This document shows, piece by piece, positions 1-9,000 of a stretch of 41,429 bases of DNA. Within the stretch, counting starts at the first letter, position 1. Every line of letters begins with the position of its first letter. The position numbers were made by a program, and so were the translations under genes. The DNA comes from a virus: UHGV virus genome UHGV-0014571. The stretch is one strand, 5' to 3'. The notes beneath the pieces are model-generated. The model ran no database searches. It was not told the DNA's origin and worked only from the letters and a program-made list of their open reading frames with translations.

Positions 1-473
1 ACCAACTTGGCGTTACCGTATTTTGTAAAAATGAATGGAATATTGTATATCGTAATGATCTGACAGTTCCCGAAAAACGTTATACTGTAGCTCATGAACT
101 GGGGCACATCTTTTTAGGTACCTTTAGTTGTGGGCTTGAATTTTCTTCGGTTTCTGTCGAAAAAAAGCGAAAATCAGAAACTCAAGCAGACAACTTTGCT
201 CGTTCTCTGCTCTGCCCTGCATGTGTTCTATGGAAAACCAATACAATAGAAGCAGAACAGATTGTATCTCTTTGTGATGTTCCGTTATCTGTTGCCAAAA
301 CACGCAGTAAAAGATTAAAGACTTTAATTCAGCGAGGCAAATTTCTTTATTCCTCACTGGAACAAAGTGTTCTGCAAAACTTCTCCGAATACATTGACCG
401 ATATAACACTGTTCCGGAGATTCAGCATCAATTGGATTGTATGCAAAGAAAAAAGGAAGAAGAAATTCTTTAA
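1..473 (+). CDS. ImmA/IrrE-family Zn-metallopeptidase, C-terminal part (5' end lies at 41276..41429; the gene wraps around the window ends)
   Basis: Frame 3 reading from nt 3 gives ...TVAHELGHIFLG..., an HEXXH motif typical of ImmA/IrrE. Stop TAA at 471-473. In-frame with the partial ORF that runs off the window end. Confidence 0.7.
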   Translation, partial: QLGVTVFCKNEWNIVYRNDLTVPEKRYTVAHELGHIFLGTFSCGLEFSSVSVEKKRKSETQADNFARSLLCPACVLWKTNTIEAEQIVSLCDVPLSVAKTRSKRLKTLIQRGKFLYSSLEQSVLQNFSEYIDRYNTVPEIQHQLDCMQRKKEEEIL

Positions 474-500
474 AAGATTGGATGAAAAGGATGTGACACA

Positions 501-1466
501 ATGAAAAGAAAAAAATACTGTCCAAAATGCGGTTATAAATCCGCCTATGATTATTGTCCGGAATGCGGATATTGTCTGAGGGATATCTCGATGAAATCAA
601 AAAATACTTCATCGAAAAGAAAACTTCTTTTGGGAATATTCATTCCTACAGGCATTCTGATAATAGTCGGTCTTATTCTTTTAATGATTATAATATTCAA
701 TCCCCATCTGTTATCTCCAAAAAATGAAGAAAATAATACATCTTCGTCCAATCAATACGATCAAGATAAATATGAAAAATTGCTTTCAACTATAAACATA
801 ACACACTATACAATACTTATTAATAATAATTGCTGTATATCTACAGGAACCAATACAAATGATTTAAAAGATGTATTTCCGGATGGTATATATCATTACA
901 ACGACAATGTTTTTTCCCTGGCGGAATCCGGCAATTCAATTGCTTTTGCTATTCAAACAAAAGATGAATACGGAGATAAACTGGATGATAAAGATGCCTA
1001 TATTAGTATGATTGTCTCCAATGATCCCAATGCCGTCGATTTTCATGGTATTTCGGCAGGCGATTCCGTAGAGGATATTCCTTCCTTCTTTGAAATTCTC
1101 GACTCTCCTGTAAACGGCGAAACAGTTTACAGTGTACGATACAATGATAATATTCCAGTATCTCGTGATAAGTCTATTAATACTTATCCTATTTCCTGTG
1201 AAATCTCATATTTTGTATCTGATGGAATTATCAATCGCATTATGATTTCCCAAAGCTTATATGATTTTTATTGCAACGAACACCGGATGGAATATCTCGA
1301 TGAATCTCCAGATATGGAAAATTACAAAAATGTAACTGACTGGTTTGATGATTACTGTGATTGGGAGGAAAAAAAATATAACGAATGGCTGAACAGCGAA
1401 TGGTATAGCGGCAATGCGATTGCAGAAAATGATCAATATAACAACGCTCTTAAATATCTTGATTGA
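501..1466 (+). CDS. zinc-ribbon membrane protein: N-terminal CPxCG...CPxCG, one TM helix, ~250-aa extracytoplasmic domain
   Basis: ORF track 321 aa, MKRKKYCPKCGYKSAYDYCPECGY then hydrophobic LLLGIFIPTGILIIVGLILLMIIIF. Preceded by AAAGGATGTGACACAATG, nearly identical to the leader of the next gene. Confidence 0.6.
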   Translation: MKRKKYCPKCGYKSAYDYCPECGYCLRDISMKSKNTSSKRKLLLGIFIPTGILIIVGLILLMIIIFNPHLLSPKNEENNTSSSNQYDQDKYEKLLSTINITHYTILINNNCCISTGTNTNDLKDVFPDGIYHYNDNVFSLAESGNSIAFAIQTKDEYGDKLDDKDAYISMIVSNDPNAVDFHGISAGDSVEDIPSFFEILDSPVNGETVYSVRYNDNIPVSRDKSINTYPISCEISYFVSDGIINRIMISQSLYDFYCNEHRMEYLDESPDMENYKNVTDWFDDYCDWEEKKYNEWLNSEWYSGNAIAENDQYNNALKYLD

Positions 1467-1492
1467 GATATCACAAGAAAGGATGTGACATA

Positions 1493-2467
1493 ATGGAAAA
1501 ATATTGTCCTCGATGCGGACATAAATCTGCATACAAGTTCTGCCCAAAATGTGGTTTTTCCTTACAGCAGATCAAGGTTGCAGAAAAAAAATACTGTCCC
1601 CAATGCGGCTTTAAGTCGGACAAAGATTTTTGCCCAAAATGTGGTTTTAATTTAAAAGATATTAATTTAGAAGAAACTAATAGTTCAATTCCTGAAGTGC
1701 AGTCTTCTGCTCAAAATGAATCTCATTCACAGCTTGATCAAAATATAAACATTCAGAAAAGCATCACAGAACACCAACCGGAATATGCAAATAAAGAGGT
1801 TCAGCAGAATAACGAGATTGAAACAAACACCGAGACTTACTACAAACAGACAGATATGCTAATGAAAGAAATCTCTATTCCAGATCGGCTGTATAACCTT
1901 CCTACAAAAGGATTGGAAAGAGCAAACGAATTAATTAATACCACCTACTGTCCTATTAGTTTTCTAAACGCATTTATCAGGGTTTTGCTTCCAATCGGAA
2001 TTGTTCTTTCCCTCATTAGCGTGATTAGTGCTTATTCAAATGTCTTCTATTCTTACAATTATTCTTCAGACACCTATACAGTGTTAACTTTTGCAATTAT
2101 GCTTGACACATTGCAGGTTCTTCTACGCATTCTATCATGGGTATATTTGAGAAAATATAATTATACGGGATATATTCTTTTATTCGTCTCATGGTATATA
2201 AATCTTGTTATTGGATTAATTCAATTTAATAATATTATCAGTTCATTGGGTTACTTTATTCCTTTTTTCGTTGCAAATATTATCTTTACGATATACTGGG
2301 AAAAACGAAGATTTCTCTTTACCGAAAAGGCAGAATTTCCTATTTTTAAAGCTAAATCAAAATACAATATAAAGATCTATGCTACTCAGGAAATGAAAAT
2401 CCGTATCTTTATTCTTAATTCAGGATATTGTTTAATCTATGTGATTCGAGTGCTTGCATCGTTATAA
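1493..2467 (+). CDS. double zinc-ribbon protein with C-terminal 4-TM domain (paralog of the upstream gene in its N-terminus)
   Basis: Start taken at ATG 1493 (MEKYCPRCG...) after AAAGGATGTGACATAATG. The track start at 1463 is TTG. Two CPxCG pairs, then four hydrophobic segments. Confidence 0.6.
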   Translation: MEKYCPRCGHKSAYKFCPKCGFSLQQIKVAEKKYCPQCGFKSDKDFCPKCGFNLKDINLEETNSSIPEVQSSAQNESHSQLDQNINIQKSITEHQPEYANKEVQQNNEIETNTETYYKQTDMLMKEISIPDRLYNLPTKGLERANELINTTYCPISFLNAFIRVLLPIGIVLSLISVISAYSNVFYSYNYSSDTYTVLTFAIMLDTLQVLLRILSWVYLRKYNYTGYILLFVSWYINLVIGLIQFNNIISSLGYFIPFFVANIIFTIYWEKRRFLFTEKAEFPIFKAKSKYNIKIYATQEMKIRIFILNSGYCLIYVIRVLASL

Positions 2468-2518
2468 ATCCCCCCGGTAATCTCTCACCGGATAAATCTC
2501 TTAAATGAGGAATGTATT

Positions 2519-4003
2519 ATGAATGTCGCAATCTATCTCAGAAAGTCCCGTGCAGAAGAAAACGCTGTTTCTTTAGAAGATACACTGCACCGACACAAAG
2601 AAACTTTGCTTGAATTTGCTAAAAACAACCATTTAACCATTTTAAAAATATATGAAGAAGTTGTCTCCGGAGAAAGCCTTTATGCACGACCGGAAATGCT
2701 TCAATTGCTTTCTGAGGTTGAGGACGGGAAATATGATGCCGTACTGGTTATGGACATTGATCGGCTCGGCAGAGGCGCTATGAGCGATCAAGGAGTAATT
2801 CTTGAAACCTTTAAAGCTTCTGACACAAAGATTATTACCCCTCGCAAAATCTATGACCTGAACAATGAATTTGATGAAGAATACACCGAGTTTGAGACCT
2901 TTATTGCCCGCCGTGAATTATCATTAATCAAACGACGGATGCAACGCGGAATCCAAAAATCTTTAGAAGACGGCTCCTATATTGCCAACGCTCCTTATGG
3001 ATATAAAAAAACCAAAGTAGGAAAACAACCCACTTTGGAAATTTATGAACCGGAAGCAAAATTTGTTCGGTTGATTTTTGATCTGTATGTCAATGAGGGA
3101 ATCGGCGTTCAAGCTATTTCAGAACGATTGACACAAATGGGAGCGGTATCTCATCGGTCAAATGCTTTTCCCAAAACTACTGTGTTGAAAATTCTGCGGA
3201 ATCAGGTTTACATCGGTAAAGTAGTCTGGAACCAGAAAACCTATACAAAGAAAAACGGAAAGAAAATTGTTACCTATAATCCCCCGTCAAAATGGAAAAT
3301 AATTGATGGGATTCATCCTCCGATTATTGATCAGGAACTATTTGAAAAAGCAAACGATATTTTATCCAGAAAATATCATCCTCCGAAAAACAACGGTATC
3401 TTATATAATCCTCTTGCCGGTTTGGTGGTCTGTGAAAAATGCGGAAAACAAATGGTTCGAAGAAAATATACAACATGGGGTTCCAAACAGCGTGAAGTTA
3501 ATTACATCTGTACCACAAAAGGATGCACCCCCTACGAACGCATGGAAAACGTAGAACGCGCCATTATAGAACACTTATATCATCTTTTTCTACAGATTCA
3601 GACAAAAGCAAAACAACAAAATAAAAACTCAAACACTATTCAGGCATCTATGACAGCAATTGACCGGGAATATCTGGCATGCCTAAAACAAAAAGACCGA
3701 CTGCACGATCTATTAGAACAAGGCGTTTATGATATTGATACCTTTGTACAGCGTTCTCAGATATTGACAGAAAAGATAAATCGGCTTAAAATAACCAAAA
3801 ACGATTTAATTCGACAGCTTCATCAAGAGGAAACAGATAAATTTTATCTTCTCCCGGACTTTGTTATTTTATTTGATAATTACTGGTCTGGTTCTCCGGA
3901 AGAAAAAAACAAACTGCTAAAGAAAGTCGTTGATCATATTGTTTATCGAAAAGAACACAACAGTCAATTAGGCAATTTTTCATTAAGCATTTACTTAAAA
4001 TAA
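2519..4003 (+). CDS. int: large serine recombinase (phage integrase)
   Basis: N-terminal resolvase-type catalytic domain (AIYLRKSR with catalytic Ser, DIDRLGR), recombinase domain, Cys4 zinc ribbon (CEKCGK...CTTKGC) and C-terminal coiled coil. 494 aa. RBS GAGGAA upstream. Confidence 0.9.
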   Translation: MNVAIYLRKSRAEENAVSLEDTLHRHKETLLEFAKNNHLTILKIYEEVVSGESLYARPEMLQLLSEVEDGKYDAVLVMDIDRLGRGAMSDQGVILETFKASDTKIITPRKIYDLNNEFDEEYTEFETFIARRELSLIKRRMQRGIQKSLEDGSYIANAPYGYKKTKVGKQPTLEIYEPEAKFVRLIFDLYVNEGIGVQAISERLTQMGAVSHRSNAFPKTTVLKILRNQVYIGKVVWNQKTYTKKNGKKIVTYNPPSKWKIIDGIHPPIIDQELFEKANDILSRKYHPPKNNGILYNPLAGLVVCEKCGKQMVRRKYTTWGSKQREVNYICTTKGCTPYERMENVERAIIEHLYHLFLQIQTKAKQQNKNSNTIQASMTAIDREYLACLKQKDRLHDLLEQGVYDIDTFVQRSQILTEKINRLKITKNDLIRQLHQEETDKFYLLPDFVILFDNYWSGSPEEKNKLLKKVVDHIVYRKEHNSQLGNFSLSIYLK

Positions 4004-4007
4004 TACC

Positions 4008-4053
4008 GGTCTATCCTGTTTCGTCTTCATCATAAGATGGTACATGATAGACC
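4008..4053. other. candidate attP core: 46-bp segment bounded by 8-bp perfect inverted repeats GGTCTATC / GATAGACC, immediately 3' of int
   Basis: GGTCTATCctgtttcgtcttcatcataagatggtacatGATAGACC read directly. Serine-integrase attP sites are ~40-50 bp imperfect dyads next to int. Confidence 0.25.
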
Positions 4054-4185
4054 ATAAAAAGGAGAACACTTATTATGATCTATTTTATATCACCCGTGCT
4101 ATACCATCAGAGATTATAACACCTATTTTATAACGGCTTGTTTTATGTTAAATGATGCAATATTATGTAAAAAGTGGGAAGTGAA

Positions 4186-4809
4186 ATGATGAAATATTTA
4201 GGGAAAATAATTCATGAATTACGGCTTGAAAAAAACTTGACCATTGAAACTCTGGCATATCATGCAGGGATCAGTGTTTCACACATGGGATATATCGAAA
4301 GAGGAACAAAAACCAACATACAAATGGACACATTAGAAAATATCGCAAAAGCTCTAGATATAAAACCTTACCAATTACTCCTGTACTGCGACCAATTGGC
4401 AACTTCATGTCCAATGGCAAATGTTTTAGTCAGCTGTGTCGGCTGTGAAAAAAATGAAGATGATGCGTTAATTTGCCGCACTTCAAAACGAATCAATACC
4501 GCAGAGCAACTTTTAACCGATTCTAATATTTCTCATATTAAACAAATCAAAAAAACAATAGCAAAAGCTCAACCAGAATATTTATACTCTGTTTCTGAAG
4601 AAATCATGTGTTCAGAAGAAAACGGATATTATAAAACTTACGGAATCCAATGCTGTCATTATAGTAATCCATCCACTGTTATTTTTAAAGTAAGCGATGT
4701 TTCTGTTGAAAAACAAAATGTATCGGAACTTACCGATCTTTGTAATATAGAAAAGCTAGAACCGATTCATTTAATGGATGTCATTTATGATTTTATTTTA
4801 ACCACATAG
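4186..4809 (+). CDS. XRE-family HTH protein with Cys-rich C-terminal domain of unknown function
   Basis: N-terminal KIIHELRLEKNLTIETLAYHAGISVSHMGYIERG = HTH_XRE. Track start 4174 is GTG; ATG at 4186 follows GGGAAGTGAA. The C-terminal ~130 aa, rich in Cys, match nothing recognisable. Confidence 0.6.
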   Translation: MMKYLGKIIHELRLEKNLTIETLAYHAGISVSHMGYIERGTKTNIQMDTLENIAKALDIKPYQLLLYCDQLATSCPMANVLVSCVGCEKNEDDALICRTSKRINTAEQLLTDSNISHIKQIKKTIAKAQPEYLYSVSEEIMCSEENGYYKTYGIQCCHYSNPSTVIFKVSDVSVEKQNVSELTDLCNIEKLEPIHLMDVIYDFILTT

Positions 4810-4810
4810 T

Positions 4811-4845
4811 AAAAAACCGCTAGAGAACTTCTAGCGGTTTTCTTA
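4811..4845. terminator. bidirectional rho-independent terminator between convergent genes
   Basis: AAAAAACCGCTAGAGaactTCTAGCGGTTTTCTT: GC-rich hairpin flanked by an A-run and a T-run. Confidence 0.75.
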
Positions 4846-4852
4846 TTGCTTT

Positions 4853-5620
4853 TTACAACTTTACAATCATATCCCAATCTTTACCGCCGAAATATCCGAC
4901 GCCCAGTTTGTATTTCTTCTGGAACTTGTGAACGGCATCCATTGTGATTGTTCCGGCTCCTCCTCCGAGATCCCCGTGATAGAATCCCAGCTTCTTTAAC
5001 TTTGCCTGTACCCATTTCACATACTCGCCCTTTGTTCCGTTTTGGATTTTCAGCTTGCGGCAGTATTTCTTTGTCAATGCTCCGTACCTTGTTCCTATTG
5101 CATTGATTCCACACTTGAACGTTGCATTTAAAATCTGCTGTAAATGTTTTAAGCTGATATCGTATTCCTCTTTTACAATCGGATAATTCGGCACTCCGTA
5201 TCCTAAGATATAGCTGTTTGATTTCTCATAGGTTCTCCGCATGACTTTATCGTTGGCGTTTCCCTCTATCGTATGTACGGTATTTCCAATCACCTTTTCT
5301 ACAATACCGACATGTGTGCTGACTCCTTTCTTGTTGGTAAAGAAAATAATATCTCCGCTCTGCGGTGTGTAGCCGCTTTTATTCCGCCATCTTCCCTTTC
5401 CCTTAAACCAGTTCATCCCAATCGTACAAGACGCGAATTTCGGGATTACAGAAGTGCTGACACCCGCCTTATTTGCACACCATGACACAAAGATAGCGCA
5501 CCATGCCGTTGTCAGCGGAATACTCGTGCTGTACCACTTAATATATTTGTCGTCTCCTGTCGGTTCTGCATGTCCGATTTCACCGATTGCAAGAGATACA
5601 ATGCTTTCTCTTTGGCTCAT
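4853..5620 (-). CDS. endolysin: N-terminal CHAP amidase/peptidase plus C-terminal peptidoglycan-binding domain
   Basis: CHAP-like Cys/His region (TTAWCAIFVSWCANKAG...STHVGIV) and a PG_binding_1-like C-terminus (YVKWVQAKLKKLGFYHGDLGGGAGTITMDAVHKFQKKY). Last gene of the late operon, after the holin. Confidence 0.85.
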   Translation of the reverse strand: MSQRESIVSLAIGEIGHAEPTGDDKYIKWYSTSIPLTTAWCAIFVSWCANKAGVSTSVIPKFASCTIGMNWFKGKGRWRNKSGYTPQSGDIIFFTNKKGVSTHVGIVEKVIGNTVHTIEGNANDKVMRRTYEKSNSYILGYGVPNYPIVKEEYDISLKHLQQILNATFKCGINAIGTRYGALTKKYCRKLKIQNGTKGEYVKWVQAKLKKLGFYHGDLGGGAGTITMDAVHKFQKKYKLGVGYFGGKDWDMIVKL

Positions 5621-5621
5621 A

Positions 5622-5873
5622 TTACTGACCCTCTTTCTCGGCTTTAATCTCTTTCATTACGCCGTCTGCGGCGATTGCCGCTTCGGAGAAGCTGTTATTT
5701 TTCCACCATGCTGTAACTGCCGCCACTACGGTAAAGATTGCCGTAATGCCTGCATACACCTGATCGTCCGAAAACGGCAGCGGATTGATTCCGAACATAG
5801 TTAAAATCTGATTGATTAATGCGATAACCAATACTGCTGTTCTTGCGATTGTTCCTGCGCTTACATTTTTCAT
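5622..5873 (-). CDS. holin (2-TM small membrane protein)
   Basis: Track ORF starts at TTG 5918. ATG at 5873 (MKNVSAGTIARTAVLVIALIN...) has the strong RBS AGAAAGGGG. Two hydrophobic helices plus a charged C-terminus. 1-nt gap to the endolysin. Confidence 0.6.
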   Translation of the reverse strand: MKNVSAGTIARTAVLVIALINQILTMFGINPLPFSDDQVYAGITAIFTVVAAVTAWWKNNSFSEAAIAADGVMKEIKAEKEGQ

Positions 5874-6004
5874 AAAGATATCCCCTTTCTTATTTATGAC
5901 AAGTGATCTGTCTGACAATCTAATCCTATCATGCCGATTATTTTGATGTCACACCACCCTAAACCAAAAATGCCGGAGAGAATCTTTCATCTCTCCGGTC
6001 GTTT

Positions 6005-9000
6005 TTAGGATGCTTTTTCTTTTTGTCTGTTTAGAATAATATCCACAACAGATCCGCCGTATTTATCTGCTTTCAAAGCCTTTAATTTCCAACCGTTTGT
6101 TTCGTAATCGGAAATCTGCGTTTTTCCGTAAACAGATGCATACTCATAAACATCTGCAACACACTCCGCTTTTTCTTCGTCCGATAACGAACGATAGCCG
6201 GCAGACTGAATTAACTGTTCCATCAAATGATATGCTTTCTGTCCTTTTGCCTTTGCAAATTTCGTATATTCTTCCGCCGTTAAATCCTTTCTCACCTTAT
6301 TAACCATAAAATACTTCGGTGCAGTTGACGGGAATACCGATTTGTCTCCGACAGCTTCATAAAGTCTGGTAATTTCTTTTTCCACCGCACGTTCGGCATC
6401 ACTGGTGTTACTGCTGTATCCGGGGCTCACAAAGTTTTGAAGAGCGCGTTCTAAAATATTCCCCTGCGTTTCTTCTCTTCCCCACAAGTCAATATACGGC
6501 TGACTCAGTTTACTTGCAAAAGGAATTTTATTCATATTTTTCTGGAAGAATTTTTGGAAATCGGACGGAACCTTAATGTTTTTGTCCATATATGTCGTTC
6601 TTCTGGTATCATCAATTGTCCGTGCCACCTGTCCTAAAACAGTCGGATTTGCCTGTCCGAAATATCCGGTTATCGTATTCATTGCAATGCTTCCCAATCC
6701 GTTATCTCCATAGGAAATTGATTCCAGAATATTCTGCAATCCGCTTAGCATTGACATCTCAATAATCGGATCAGCCAGTTTTTTGGTATCATCCACAAAG
6801 TCGGAAACCGAAAATCCTTCCCGTTCTCTCGATAGTGTCCGGAACACTTCGGATCCTACAAACAGCGGAAGCACCGATGGCGCCATCCAGTCAATCGTAT
6901 AAGAGAAGTTTCCGATTTGCAGAGAATACGGCTGATATCCCATGTTCTGTTCAAACCGGTCTTTCTTCTCCTCATCATCCCCTCCGGGACGCAGAAATCC
7001 AATTGAATTTAAAAACGCACCCAATACAAACAAGGCGCTTCCGGATAAGCCTGCCGAAACGGAATCAATATATTGTGTTGCCGTAATCTTTCCGGTTTTG
7101 ACATTTCTGGTTCCTACACTCAAAGCATAAATCAAACCGGCAGGGCTGTATTCCACACCACGCCGCAAAATATTAATCGGCGTTTTCTTAAATGGCAGCA
7201 CCCCTTCAACAAGCAACTCTGTTGCCGCATTGGTATGAGCGATTCTTTGGATTGCACTTGCTACTGCGGAGGCATCCCGGTACGTCGCCTTTTGCGCCTC
7301 ACTGATTGCATAATTTCGTGCGCGTTCCATAACGGCAATAGATTCAACGGAATTTAAATCAACATGATTGACTGACAGATATCCGGCAAGAGCATTGATA
7401 TAATATCTCTTCAGGAAAAAGCGGTCTTCTTTTTCCAATAATTCGGAATTTAGTTTTCTCAGCTTTTCCAATGGCTCAAACCGAAAGATTCTGCGATGAT
7501 CTCTAATAATATCCTCCGGATTCATTTTTCCGCCGCCGGATATAATATCCATCATCTGTTTAAAGTCATTCTTCGCAAATTCCTTATACTCTTTTCCGAT
7601 ATTAAGTGTCTTGGTACGCTCGGTTTTTGCACCGGCATACTGATATGCCGCCTCAAGCCCTGTAGCAATCAGGTTTTTCAGCTTCACTGTCGGCATGAAT
7701 ACGGCATTTCCAAGCACGTTTCTGACATGTGTTCGAGGATTCCCCAGCATTGCCAGATATCGCCATGCGTTCCACTTATCCGCAAACGTAGGCGGAAGCT
7801 GTTTTGCCAGATCTTCATAGATTTTCTGATTTGCCGCATCAATTTCTTCCGGTGTTTTTGCATTGAGCAATTCCTGTTTCAGCTGCTGCGGAATTTCAAC
7901 ATACTCTGCTTTTCCGTGTTCTCGGCGCTTTTCAAGATCCTGATTCAGACGGTCAACTACACGCTCGTTATACACAAGCTGTCCTTCGCCCGACATCTTT
8001 TTGAGCAAACGAAATGCCTGAACATTCTGTCCCGATCTGGTTCCTTCTTCGGCAATCTCCGCCGCCAATTCCATCGCAAGCCGGTAATCGCCGTTTTTTG
8101 CCGCCTGCATATACAGCTTTTCAGCCAACACGATATCATTTTTAGAAGCAGAATTTTTATTGTTCAGAACACTTCTCCATTGTCTCAGAGCACCGTCAAA
8201 TCCTTTGTGATTTATCACGGTATCCGCTTCTTTCTGCGCTGTATTGTCCTCAATCGGATTGTAGTTGAATGTTCCGTCCATAATCTCCCGTTCAAATTCC
8301 GATACCATTTCATCCGGTGTCGCTTTGGCTTCCATCGCAGTACGTGCAAACTGTCTGACTTTGGTATCTTCTGTTGTCTGTTTCGGCACATCCACATCAC
8401 GGATCGGGTTTTCTCCTTTGGAAATTGCACCGTACTGTTCAACCGCATTTCGATATAACGGGTTGTCCGACATATTGATTTTTGTGCCGGATTGAGGTAT
8501 ACTGTTATTGGAAACAGCGTTATTGATCAAGGTGCCTACGGGTCTTGATAGGTCAAGTTGACCGGCGCTGTTTCTTTTTTTGTCTGTAATAGCATACATA
8601 TGATTTTTACCATCGAATTTGCCATGCCCGACATTCAATAAGATCGGTTTTGATTGTTTTCCATTAGAAGTATCATATTCAATGGTAACGGCGTAATAAT
8701 AAAAGCGAGTAAACTTTGGATGTTCAACATCAGTTTCTTCTTGCAAAACAGCTTTTTTAATAATTGCTTCCAATTGTGATATTTCAGCAACTTTTACAGG
8801 TCCTGCATGTTGAGCCATCTCTTTTGCATCACTGTTGTCCATCACCGCCTTACGACCATCGCTAAATGTTATTTCAGTACCTCCGTATTTACGGATTAAA
8901 TGTTCTTTGATTATAACAGAAGCACTCTTTTTAGAAGTTGCGATTTCCTTTGCAAGATCAGAATCCATATCTAAACTTACAACAGCATTGTGACTTATCT

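Noticed and set aside
124-612. 162-aa minus-strand ORF
   Set aside because: Antisense to the ImmA C-terminal coding region and the zinc-ribbon gene start. No RBS. Composition typical of an antisense artefact.
3303-3554. 83-aa plus-strand ORF
   Set aside because: Alternative frame entirely inside the serine integrase gene.
7496-8458. 320-aa plus-strand ORF, plus many 60-140-aa plus-strand ORFs between 6000 and 16250
   Set aside because: All lie inside and antisense to the 3415-aa gene. Cys/Phe/Arg-rich products are typical of a reversed AT-rich coding strand. None has a credible RBS.
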